Source: a virus
Taxonomy: Duplodnaviria > Caudoviricetes
DNA: 36,615 nucleotides
Virus record (IMG/VR): IMGVR_UViG_3300037808_000674
Coordinates: 1 to 36,615 of that record
Strand: one strand, 5' to 3'
The notes beneath the pieces are model-generated. The model did no database searches and was not told where the DNA came from. It was given only the letters and a program-made list of their open reading frames with translations. Both the position numbers and the translations under genes were made by a program. Position 1 is the first letter of the stretch. Every line of letters starts with the position of its first letter. Of this stretch, positions 7,469 through 16,641 are shown one piece after another.

Positions 7469-10453
7469 TCATAGCCGCGTCACAGTGAAACTCAACCGCC
7501 CGCCTTGCATCGTTGTGGACGTGCGCCTAACGATCAGAAGATTGGATGCGACATAAATGCGGATGTTGGCCGCAAAACTGGAATGGCTAAACCCGCTGCC
7601 CGAGATAGATATGTCCGTCTGGAGATCCTCGTGGTGCGCTTGCTCAATACTCCCACGGTCTGTAAACGTCAGCGTGGCGTTGGTCGCTGTCGCTGTCGCA
7701 GCCACGGAAAGGTTGAAAGTTCCCACGCCAATCGTTGCCACCGTGGCAGAGTCAGGGATGCCCGCCCCAGAAACTGCCATGCCCACGCGGAGGGCGGCAG
7801 TCGAGTCCATTGTCACGGTCACGGACGTGTTGGTGGTGTCACAAGTGGCGTCGGTGAACGAGTTCCCTGAGAAGTTCCCAGAAACCCTCACCCCTTGACT
7901 GAACGCGGCAGGCAGTTGTATGTAAAGGGCCGCATTGTCTGCTAGTTCATAGTCGTATTCCAGCACAGTCCAGTGGTCAGTACAGCGGACCATCGCGCCT
8001 GTATCATTGAGGTGCCTAAAGCCGATCCTGTAACTGCCATAGATCGGTGCGAAACTGGAGTAGATGCTAAAGTCGAAAACCTGCGCGGACAGTCCCGCAT
8101 TGTCCAGAACGAGCCATGCGTTTGAGATGGATCTGATCCCCCGGTATTCAAATTCGGAGTCCACCACCCGCACATTCGTTGACCCCGTAGAGTCAAACGG
8201 TCGCTCCGAAAACGGGGCACGCACCCGCTCAAGCGTCACGTCATCCATCTTGCCTATGTCGAGTGCGTAGTTATTGATCTCGTGCGACTGAGCGTGACCA
8301 CCCGACACATAGGCCCCATACCCGGCCCCATTGATCGGTGCAGGAGTGCCCGCCCGGTCGTAGAGTTCAAAGGTGTCTGCGGTCTTGTTCGTCACTGTGA
8401 AAAGCCCGGAATTAATCTCGGTCATGCCCACCACGCCAGTCACAAGCACAATGTGACCGTTATCGTGCCCGTGTCCTACTGCGGTGACCACCACGGGACT
8501 GGCCCGTGTCGCCGCTGTAATATCGGGACCAGAGGACAACGAGGACACTACGTTCCTCAGAGTCAGGCCAGTCACCGCTGGGTATGTGAAGGCACCGGGT
8601 CCAGCATAAAATATCAAAACAGAGGCCGATGTCGCGCTACCACCGAAGACGTTCACCAGGGACACGTTCTCGATCAGCACATCCCGGTGTGCCCCGAAAG
8701 TCTGGCTACTGATCTGGAAGCCTACAGAGGCTTCGCGTATGACCCCGTTCCTCATAATCACCGAATCATTGTGCCTTGATAGATCTACTGCGATATACCC
8801 GGAATCTATGCCCGTTCCCGTGTATAGAAATCCGTCCAGAACGTAGTCGCTCTGCCCATAGATCGAGTTACCGCTAAACCCAAGTCCAACCCCACCCCTC
8901 ATTTCGATATTGGAAAGCCTGCCGCCTGTCTTGGTTTCGCTAGTACCGACGGAGAACTTGAGTGTCGCGCCCGTTGAGCTTGGATAGTTATCGAAAACCC
9001 CAGACACACGGGTTTCGTTGTCCTGAAGGTAGAGCGACCTCTCGATAACGTAGTCGGTTCTTACATCCCGAATATCCAAACCAGATACGTGCTCTATGCT
9101 GGACAGAACTACGTCCTTGCCGTTATTGGCACTGCCGGTGTCCTTGTTTATCCAGTAAGCCTGCTGCGCCGCTGTGTTTGTGATTCTCAGCCGCTCCATG
9201 GTGCCGTGTGAAAACGAAGCCGCCGCCCCAGTACCGTCCAGCCAGAGCAGTGTCTCGACGTTGTAGCCCGTTATATTCGACTCGTAATGTCGGGAAATTC
9301 CTGCCGTCTTCGGGTAGATCACAATACCCAGACCCACACCCCACAATGTGACGTTCTCGATGTGGCAGTCATCAGTCTCTACCCGAAAACACCCCTTACT
9401 CCGCGCCTCGTTGGCATCGTCTGACCATGACGTGCTGTCTCCCTCGGTTGTCAGGGCTGTGTACGTCACGTTCTTTATGTAAACGCTGTCATGTATGCGG
9501 CTTCCCGCATCCGTGTACAGGGTCTTGCCAATAGTGCCCGCTGCGTTGGACTTGTTCCCCACCGTTACGAACTTCACGTCTTCCAGTCGAAACCGTGCAG
9601 CGCCAGCCTTGTCTAGCTGCGTGCCGTTTGGCAGCAGGACCGTCGCGCCATTCCCCAGGATGTTATTGAAGAACAGGGTAGCCCCGGCAGTTGTGAGTTT
9701 GTAAGTCTTCCCAGCCTCCAGGGCGACTGCGGTAGATGGATTGGCTGCCAGGAATGTTGCGAGGTTGTTGAACGTGGTGGTGTCATCCGTTGACCCATCA
9801 CCCACCGCAGCACCGAAGTCCTTGATGCTCGCAACATCCCCCCAGCGGTCGGCCAGAGTTCTGGACGTGACGCCGCCAGTAGCAATCAGCCCTGTGGGTG
9901 TGGTCAGTCCAGCGTTGTTAATCTCCGCATCCACATACGTCTTCGTTGTAGCGTCAGTGGTTGCAGTCGGAGCAGTAAGCCCGGTCACCTTGGTTGCAGT
10001 CAGGACACCCACAGAATCAATATCGTTGTTGTTGGCGTCGTAAGCACCCGAGCCATCCGTGTCGCTGTTACCGAGGCTGGGGGTGCGGGTGGCAATCTCG
10101 CGGGTTCTCTTCTGCTGGATCGTCAGGCGGTCCAGGGCCTCCTCGTGTGTCTCAGCCGGGAAGGTGCCGCCGCTTATGTAGTCCACCAACTGAGTCAGCG
10201 GCGGATCGTTATAAATCACCACCTTCTGCGTGGCGGGCGGGGCTGTGACGAACGTAACCGTGCCGCTGGCAAGCCCAGCACCCAGCACCGTGTAGTGCGT
10301 GTAGATCGTCTGCACAGCCTCCACGCCGGTCGCAATGGTCCGCAAGACCACCACGAGGTCGGTCTTGTCGAGGAACTTGTAGGGGACGGCAAACGGTAAA
10401 GTGGCCCCGTCGCCTGTGTACTCCACCCGCGTGGATTCTGTGGAGATTGTCAT
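7469..10453 (-). CDS. Tailspike 2 (T7 gp17-type anchor + beta-helix domain)
   Basis: N-terminal ~210 aa paralogous to tailspike 1; SIKDFGAAVGDGSTDDT beta-helix start; unrelated C-terminal part. Confidence 0.9.
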   Translation of the reverse strand: MTISTESTRVEYTGDGATLPFAVPYKFLDKTDLVVVLRTIATGVEAVQTIYTHYTVLGAGLASGTVTFVTAPPATQKVVIYNDPPLTQLVDYISGGTFPAETHEEALDRLTIQQKRTREIATRTPSLGNSDTDGSGAYDANNNDIDSVGVLTATKVTGLTAPTATTDATTKTYVDAEINNAGLTTPTGLIATGGVTSRTLADRWGDVASIKDFGAAVGDGSTDDTTTFNNLATFLAANPSTAVALEAGKTYKLTTAGATLFFNNILGNGATVLLPNGTQLDKAGAARFRLEDVKFVTVGNKSNAAGTIGKTLYTDAGSRIHDSVYIKNVTYTALTTEGDSTSWSDDANEARSKGCFRVETDDCHIENVTLWGVGLGIVIYPKTAGISRHYESNITGYNVETLLWLDGTGAAASFSHGTMERLRITNTAAQQAYWINKDTGSANNGKDVVLSSIEHVSGLDIRDVRTDYVIERSLYLQDNETRVSGVFDNYPSSTGATLKFSVGTSETKTGGRLSNIEMRGGVGLGFSGNSIYGQSDYVLDGFLYTGTGIDSGYIAVDLSRHNDSVIMRNGVIREASVGFQISSQTFGAHRDVLIENVSLVNVFGGSATSASVLIFYAGPGAFTYPAVTGLTLRNVVSSLSSGPDITAATRASPVVVTAVGHGHDNGHIVLVTGVVGMTEINSGLFTVTNKTADTFELYDRAGTPAPINGAGYGAYVSGGHAQSHEINNYALDIGKMDDVTLERVRAPFSERPFDSTGSTNVRVVDSEFEYRGIRSISNAWLVLDNAGLSAQVFDFSIYSSFAPIYGSYRIGFRHLNDTGAMVRCTDHWTVLEYDYELADNAALYIQLPAAFSQGVRVSGNFSGNSFTDATCDTTNTSVTVTMDSTAALRVGMAVSGAGIPDSATVATIGVGTFNLSVAATATATNATLTFTDRGSIEQAHHEDLQTDISISGSGFSHSSFAANIRIYVASNLLIVRRTSTTMQGGRLSFTVTRL

Positions 10454-13400
10454 GGGTTAACCCTCGCTTCAGTGGGTGCCTCTAGTTCTCTGGGGCCGGG
10501 CATGGCAGACATGGCTTCAAACTGATCCAGCCCTGCCCGGTAGAACATCAGCTTAAGGTTCTTAATCATTATATCCGCGTCCAGTCTCTCCTCTGGGGTC
10601 ATTCCAGGGATTGGCAGGTCATACACGGAACGCATCTGGGTCAGCATTTGGAGTGAACCGACTATCCCCGGCAACGCAATAGGAGCCCCGCTCACAGTGT
10701 ATGCGCTGCCTGCGTGCTTCTGCATGAGCTTCTGAGCCTCCAGCGGTCTGGCCTGCTTCATCAACATATTCACCGTGCGGTGAACCTGATCGTTTTCCTT
10801 TACCCGGTCCCAGAACTTGCGGGACAGTTCGCCTCCGCCAATCCGCACAGCAAAGGCACCGAGTCCAATCACATCGGACGGGGTATCGGCCATGCGGCCA
10901 GGGGGCTCTGGGATTATATCCATGTCTTCAAGCAGTCGAGAGGACTCGCGCAGTATTCTACTGCCTAGGCCACCCGTCAGAGCCCTAACTGTGTGGTCGA
11001 TAATCATCGGGGAAGCCACCGGGCTCCTCTCCAACGTGCCGATAATCGGCAGATCGACTTGGGAGGCACCCAGGGGCAGATCGGACAGGAACCCGCCAAT
11101 CAGTCGGCTGATGGAGTTAGTGCGCGGGGTCGCTTGGTACTCAGGCAGCACGCCCTCAAGGTGCGCTGGGATCACCGGGGCACCCGTGAACAAGCTGCGG
11201 TTAGCCCAAGTCTCCAACGCAGGAAGGGCGAACTGTCCAACGAATGGAACCGCAACAGACGCAAGGAGTGCCGTCATGTAATCATCAAATGCGTTCGGGT
11301 CTTCGTTGGCTATCCTATCCCACATACGTTGAGGCAACGCCTTGAAGATCATCCCATACCCGTAGCCCGCTGGTAATCTGTGCCAGATAGGCAGTGGGCG
11401 ACCGCTGCCATCCGGGGCTAGCAGGATATTCCCATCGTCATCCTCGGCGTAGGTGGGCCAGATGAAATACAAATCCCGCTGCCACTGAGGAATATGCTCA
11501 GAGGGCTTATATCGCCCCTCCTCCTCGTCCCAGTCGCTCCACCCATACTCCCCTTGGTTGGTTGCTTGGAGGGTGAGAGCCGGGACGGTCAGCAGTGCCG
11601 TCCCCCGCAGCATCGTCCGTGCGGGGTGGTCTTTCATCGTGCGGAGCATCTGTACGGTGCCTTCAAGTGAGGCATTCAAAAACGCAATCAGTTTATTGAC
11701 CGCCTGGGCACGGGAACCCATACGTCCGAAGTCCAGGGACACGTCCCTAGACCGCAGACCGGACTTCATAATGTCACCTTTGGATGCCTCGCGTGGCAGC
11801 ATTTCCTGGCCGAGTAGACGCGCCGCAATGTCTTCCCCTGTTTCCTTGGCGAGCCCAAGGGTTCCCTTCTCTGGATGTAGCGCCCTGCCGAACTCACCCA
11901 CCCGCGTCATCTGCTCAGACATTTGACTGAGAACGCGCAGACCTTCGATGGGGGATCGGATGACGTTCCGCATGGTTATATTCCCGCCACCCAGTACCCC
12001 CTCAACGTCGGAACCCTTGAACACCCGATCTAGCGCCACCAGTTCCGACTGTGCGCCACCACTCCGCATCCAATCCTGATACAGCCGGGTCTTACCCAGT
12101 ACAGCAGCCGCACCCCACAGCGTGTCCGCGAAAGCCTTGTACCCACTGTCGGACTGGATAAAGGACACAATCGAGTCCCTAAATGGGTTCGCCAGCATAA
12201 ACTCAGGCGAAAGAACTGCGCCCGCTCTCAGGGTTGTCGCAGGCACCGAGAGAATTTTCACCAGCATATTCATCTCTTCGTGGCTTGTTATCTGCAAGAC
12301 CTCCGCAATCTCGGGCGGCACCTCCCACACCTGACGCTCCCCGTCCTTGAAGCGCACGATCTGGTTCTGCCCTGGCAGGAGCGTGTCAGGCCGGAAGATG
12401 TCCAGCGTTTCCTGCTCAAGTGCTGCCCTCTGATCCTCGGTTAGCTTGTCCCCGTCCCTAAGTTTATTGGCGAGCTTCTTCATCTCGTCCGCACCCAGCC
12501 GCGTCTTCTTCATCCGGGGCTTCACTCGCGTGGCAAGGTCGCTTACCTCAATGCCTCCCTGCCCGGCAACCTTTTCGACGTGGTTGATGTAGGCATCCGA
12601 GATAGCATTGCGCTCTACTGCATGGAGTACCGAATGGGTGTTCTTGATGATGGACTCGATGGGGTCATGGATCTTCAACCCGCTGCCTTCCACGTTGATA
12701 CGGAAGAACGAGTTTCCAGAAGGGGCACCACCCGCAGCACCCTCTTCAAGCATCACCCGGAAGAAAGGCACATAGTTCTTATTCAGTTCTGTCATCATCT
12801 CATACGCTTCTGGCGTAATTAGTCCACCGTCCCGTGCATATTGCAGGACGTGATCCTGATACTCGTACAAATCTTTCGCAATCGGGGCGAGTTCCGGGCC
12901 AAACTCTTCCACTACGCGCCTCGCCTCGGCAATGGGTACGTCGCCCACTTCCTCAAGGATCGCAGCCATCTCCTCCTCGGAATGCTTCGCCTTGGCTCGC
13001 TCGTACAATTCCAGGCGTCTAGACGCGACCATGTACGATCTTATCCCGTCCAGGTTCTTGCGGACTGGCTTGAGGATTTGAACCAGCGGCCTCCCCACAC
13101 GCTCATAGGTGCCGAACTTGAAGGGGCTGAACTGTATAAAGTGGTCGGCTTTGCCTCGGGTTCCCTGGAACAAACGGGCTAGGGAATACTCGTTTTCAAT
13201 GGCTTCCCGCGTATCCTTGCCGCCTTCCATGTACTTGCCCAAGACGCGCAGCGGATAGTTGCCGTCCTTCCAGTGCGTATAAAACTGGGACAGACTCCAG
13301 CCACGCTTGGCAGGCTTTTCACCGACTGAGATATGACTCAGCACCACGTCCATAGCGTCCTTCCCGCCCTGTGACGGTTGACCGGACCCTGGCTCCACAG

Positions 13401-16400
13401 TCTCCCGCTGGAGTCTTTCGTCCAGGGCAGACAGTCTTCCGATCAAGTCCACACGCTTCTGCTCGCCCCGTGTCTCGGCCTCTAGTATGAGGGCACGCAC
13501 ATCGGCAATCTGCTCCGGCAGTGACTCCTCCTCAAAGGGGCGCGGGGGTTCTCGGCTAGGCACTTCCTCCACGGGTACGGTGGGCTCTGCCAGTGCTGTG
13601 GCTTCGGCGGGGGTGGGCTCTTCTCTCGCTACCTGCTCCGCTTCTTCCAGCCGCTTCTCAGCCTCTTCCAGCAGGTCACGCTTGCGCCCACCCTTTTCGG
13701 GCATGAGCCCAGCCTCGCGCAACTCTGCCACCTTCATGCGCTTGATAGCTTCGACTGCCTCGCGTGCCTGGGTGACTGCGGGGGCTTCGGCGCGGGGCTC
13801 CCAGCCAAACTCATAGAGCGAGTTTCCCTCGGTGTAGAGGTCGCCCGCTCGCACCGTCATCTCTTGAATCTCACCCTCGCCATATCTTGCAGCGTGGTCT
13901 TCGGCGTATTGACGGTCTGGAGTTACCCAGTCACCGCTACGGATTTCACCCCCTGTGCCCTCGGGCACGCCACGGTAAACGGTTACCTCTGCGTCTGGGT
14001 TGCCACGCACCTCTACCAGTAGCCGCTGAACAGCCTTATCCCTAGCAGCGTGTTCGCCTCCGCTTCCATAATATCGAGCGCCCTCGGGAGAATAAATATC
14101 ATCCGGGTACATCCGATCCATCTCGTGCATCGGCGCACCATGCTCTGCTCCTGGTGCTGTGTGCTGACCCCGGTAATCCAGTTCCGGCCCAGTGGTGGGG
14201 GCTTCGGCGCGGGGGGTGGGGGCTAGGTCGGCAGCAAAGGCGTGTCTCCCGGCATCGGTAACATCTTCCACTCGAATCGGAGTTCCGCGAACAACGCCGC
14301 CCGTTCCTGCCCCCCCTACAAGCGCACCACCAGTAGTCCCATCTGGCGATATGCGTAGGTATTCCGATGATGGGAAAACCTGCGATTTCCTGACGGTTAC
14401 GGCAAGTATCCTCGGTCCCATCCCCTCAATCGAAATCGGATCTGTGCCAACATAGATTCCACCGTCAGCCGCTTCTATGCCACGCCCCTGGCGTTGCGGC
14501 TCTGCTGTACCTCTGCCCACGATGTTCTCAGCGTTGGCTTCAGACGTTGCGTGGTATAGCGTAACCTCTGCGTCTTCTGGCAATGCGTCAAACGCCGCTG
14601 CCCGCTCTACTGGAGTGCCGTTCTTGGTAGACCAGGGAATATTCCCAGGGCTGGCTTCGGCGCGGGCGGCATCCCCGGACAGTTCTAGGTCGAGGTCTGG
14701 GGCGCGTTCAGAAGGCACCGGCTCTGTGGCGGGATTCATCTGTTCCCTGCCAAAGACAGCAAGCACGGGGCCGGTCTGGGGGTCATCGACATAGCGCAGC
14801 CCGTCATATCCCAACCGGCGCAACTGGGGAATAAGAATCTCAGACCACGCCTCCCCATAAGGGACTGGCTTGGTCATGTACCAGAAGTAGAAAGACCCCT
14901 CTTCCCTCGCGTGGTTAATAATCGCCTCTGCCCACGGGTCACCTTCTGCGTCTAATCCGGCAACTACCTGGGAATCTCGCGACATATCCAGAGGGTTCTT
15001 GACCTCGACCGTATAGGCAGCCACCGCGCCCTCGCCAGCCGTGGCGTATCCTTCTGCGACCGAGCGGTCAGTAGTCAGAGGTATCAACCCACCTCGCTGC
15101 TGTGTGTTGGTACTGTCGGCACGGAAATACGTTTCACCACCGGCCTCTGTGGCGCGTTCTAGCTCAATGGCAGGCTTCACCATCTCCTGGGCCTGTTTTT
15201 CGCTGGTTGCAAGCACACTGCGGTCACCCGCAAACAACGGAGGGCGCGGGCCAATCACACCCGCCTGCTCAAGCTCGCCCAGCAGAGCATCCGCATCCGC
15301 ACGGCCCAGGTCAGGCATTTCCTTCGTCAGCGTGGACGCCTTGGCCTCACCTCTGCCCGCCACGATCTCCGCAGCCCTTACCAGTCGCGGGTCTACACCC
15401 TCCACCTGAGCCTGGAGTGCCCTGGGAACCACGATATTGACCGAAGACAAGTCCTCGATAATCGTCGGATCTCTCCGTGCCGCCTCAACCACTTCCCTCG
15501 GGTTCAAGCCAGTGCGGACGTATATCCTGCGGAACTTCGCAGAGAGGCGAGCGTTCTCCCGCGCATTGGCCCTCTGCTGCATGACCCTGCCAGCACCTTG
15601 ACGGGTTGCCGTGACACCCTTGTGCCCAGCACGCAGGAGACCAATCGTAATGGCAGCCAGGGCGAAGTCCTTGGCCTCGGGAACCTCCCCGTGGACCGCA
15701 CCCCCAGCGCCCACCATCGCAACAACTTCCGAACCCGCTGCGGCAGCTTCCGTTATGCCCGCCGTACTCCCGCCCAACTTCCCAGGGATCGAGGCGGCCA
15801 TTCTCTCCAGTGGCTTGCCCAAACCCACGCGAGCCAGTTTCCCAGCCCCACCCGTGGCGGCACCTATCGTGGCCTCTTTGCCCGTTGCTATCACTGCATC
15901 CCACAGGCGCGGCCCGAAATCGTCCCAATTCTGCATCTGGCCCTTGCTATAGGAATCCATCAGCACCTGCCTGATACCACCGGGCAGAGCAAAAGCACCC
16001 GCCATGCCAGTGATCGGACCACCACCGGCAGTTCCACCCAAAATCATCAGCGGGAGGTCAGGCACAAGAACGCCAACCCCGTGGGCGAGTTCCAAGTGAA
16101 AGCCTGCGTCTTCGGCCAGAGCGGCATCTGGTAGGCCCTCATTCCAAAGAAGACCGGCCACACTGGAGTCCATCCCCAACCTAAGCGCATCCCATAGGGT
16201 GGGGTCTTGGAGTTCTGGCACCGACTGAATGGCTTGCTCCAGACCTGAAGCATTCACCAGACGCTCAAGGTCTGAATCATCTCGCTGCCTGTTCCCGTAG
16301 TGGATAGCTACCTCGTCCGGGGTGAACCCGGCACTGAGCAGCATCTGCATCTGGGTGCGCGTGTCCTCTTCGATTTCCGTATTGGAGAACCCAGCAGCAC

Positions 16401-16641
16401 GGAGCACCTGCACACGCTGGAAACCAGGGGCAGCAGGATCTGGCTCACCCGCAATCGCACGCACGGGTGGCGGCGCAGGGGGTAGAGTCTCTACGGGAGG
16501 CGGGGCGGGTAGAGGCTCCACGGGAGGCAGGGGTTCCTCCTCGGGAACCGGCGCAGGAGTGGGTTGCAACTCCTGGGGCTCCTCCTCCAGCACACCCTCG
16601 GCGGGCGGTTGGTAGGCCGGTGCTTCAAGCGGGGAAGCCAC
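10450..16641 (-). CDS. Giant internal virion/ejection protein (polyvalent: FtsK-gamma-like, three ART-fold modules, SAP-like, C-terminal LPD38-like)
   Basis: Position equivalent to T7 gp16; 2063 aa; C-terminal PALETWANRSLFTGAPVIP...SPMIIDHTVRALTGGLG resembles LPD38; internal ART-like motifs. Confidence 0.8.
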   Translation of the reverse strand: MASPLEAPAYQPPAEGVLEEEPQELQPTPAPVPEEEPLPPVEPLPAPPPVETLPPAPPPVRAIAGEPDPAAPGFQRVQVLRAAGFSNTEIEEDTRTQMQMLLSAGFTPDEVAIHYGNRQRDDSDLERLVNASGLEQAIQSVPELQDPTLWDALRLGMDSSVAGLLWNEGLPDAALAEDAGFHLELAHGVGVLVPDLPLMILGGTAGGGPITGMAGAFALPGGIRQVLMDSYSKGQMQNWDDFGPRLWDAVIATGKEATIGAATGGAGKLARVGLGKPLERMAASIPGKLGGSTAGITEAAAAGSEVVAMVGAGGAVHGEVPEAKDFALAAITIGLLRAGHKGVTATRQGAGRVMQQRANARENARLSAKFRRIYVRTGLNPREVVEAARRDPTIIEDLSSVNIVVPRALQAQVEGVDPRLVRAAEIVAGRGEAKASTLTKEMPDLGRADADALLGELEQAGVIGPRPPLFAGDRSVLATSEKQAQEMVKPAIELERATEAGGETYFRADSTNTQQRGGLIPLTTDRSVAEGYATAGEGAVAAYTVEVKNPLDMSRDSQVVAGLDAEGDPWAEAIINHAREEGSFYFWYMTKPVPYGEAWSEILIPQLRRLGYDGLRYVDDPQTGPVLAVFGREQMNPATEPVPSERAPDLDLELSGDAARAEASPGNIPWSTKNGTPVERAAAFDALPEDAEVTLYHATSEANAENIVGRGTAEPQRQGRGIEAADGGIYVGTDPISIEGMGPRILAVTVRKSQVFPSSEYLRISPDGTTGGALVGGAGTGGVVRGTPIRVEDVTDAGRHAFAADLAPTPRAEAPTTGPELDYRGQHTAPGAEHGAPMHEMDRMYPDDIYSPEGARYYGSGGEHAARDKAVQRLLVEVRGNPDAEVTVYRGVPEGTGGEIRSGDWVTPDRQYAEDHAARYGEGEIQEMTVRAGDLYTEGNSLYEFGWEPRAEAPAVTQAREAVEAIKRMKVAELREAGLMPEKGGRKRDLLEEAEKRLEEAEQVAREEPTPAEATALAEPTVPVEEVPSREPPRPFEEESLPEQIADVRALILEAETRGEQKRVDLIGRLSALDERLQRETVEPGSGQPSQGGKDAMDVVLSHISVGEKPAKRGWSLSQFYTHWKDGNYPLRVLGKYMEGGKDTREAIENEYSLARLFQGTRGKADHFIQFSPFKFGTYERVGRPLVQILKPVRKNLDGIRSYMVASRRLELYERAKAKHSEEEMAAILEEVGDVPIAEARRVVEEFGPELAPIAKDLYEYQDHVLQYARDGGLITPEAYEMMTELNKNYVPFFRVMLEEGAAGGAPSGNSFFRINVEGSGLKIHDPIESIIKNTHSVLHAVERNAISDAYINHVEKVAGQGGIEVSDLATRVKPRMKKTRLGADEMKKLANKLRDGDKLTEDQRAALEQETLDIFRPDTLLPGQNQIVRFKDGERQVWEVPPEIAEVLQITSHEEMNMLVKILSVPATTLRAGAVLSPEFMLANPFRDSIVSFIQSDSGYKAFADTLWGAAAVLGKTRLYQDWMRSGGAQSELVALDRVFKGSDVEGVLGGGNITMRNVIRSPIEGLRVLSQMSEQMTRVGEFGRALHPEKGTLGLAKETGEDIAARLLGQEMLPREASKGDIMKSGLRSRDVSLDFGRMGSRAQAVNKLIAFLNASLEGTVQMLRTMKDHPARTMLRGTALLTVPALTLQATNQGEYGWSDWDEEEGRYKPSEHIPQWQRDLYFIWPTYAEDDDGNILLAPDGSGRPLPIWHRLPAGYGYGMIFKALPQRMWDRIANEDPNAFDDYMTALLASVAVPFVGQFALPALETWANRSLFTGAPVIPAHLEGVLPEYQATPRTNSISRLIGGFLSDLPLGASQVDLPIIGTLERSPVASPMIIDHTVRALTGGLGSRILRESSRLLEDMDIIPEPPGRMADTPSDVIGLGAFAVRIGGGELSRKFWDRVKENDQVHRTVNMLMKQARPLEAQKLMQKHAGSAYTVSGAPIALPGIVGSLQMLTQMRSVYDLPIPGMTPEERLDADIMIKNLKLMFYRAGLDQFEAMSAMPGPRELEAPTEARVNP
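13600..14666 (-). repeat. In-frame direct repeats (CCCCGCGCCGAAGCCCCC family) delimiting internal domains
   Basis: Identical 18-mers at 13780-13797 and 14197-14214, a 14-bp core at 14653-14666, and a 10-bp partial at 13600-13609. Spacings 183, 417 and 453 bp are all multiples of 3. Confidence 0.85.

Noticed and set aside
3513-10453. Diversity-generating retroelement (structural genes resemble BPP-1)
   Set aside because: No reverse transcriptase ORF, and I saw no ~100-bp TR/VR pair differing at adenines.
13600-14666. CRISPR array or integron attC sites as the explanation for the spaced repeats
   Set aside because: Spacers are 183-453 bp of in-frame coding sequence, the repeats are short and not attC-like palindromes, and no cas or integrase gene is present.
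16440-16630. Pro/Glu-rich repeats at the N-terminus of the giant protein as a DNA repeat element
   Set aside because: Degenerate low-complexity linker (PPVEPLPAPPPVETLPPAPPPV) with no discrete domain between copies.
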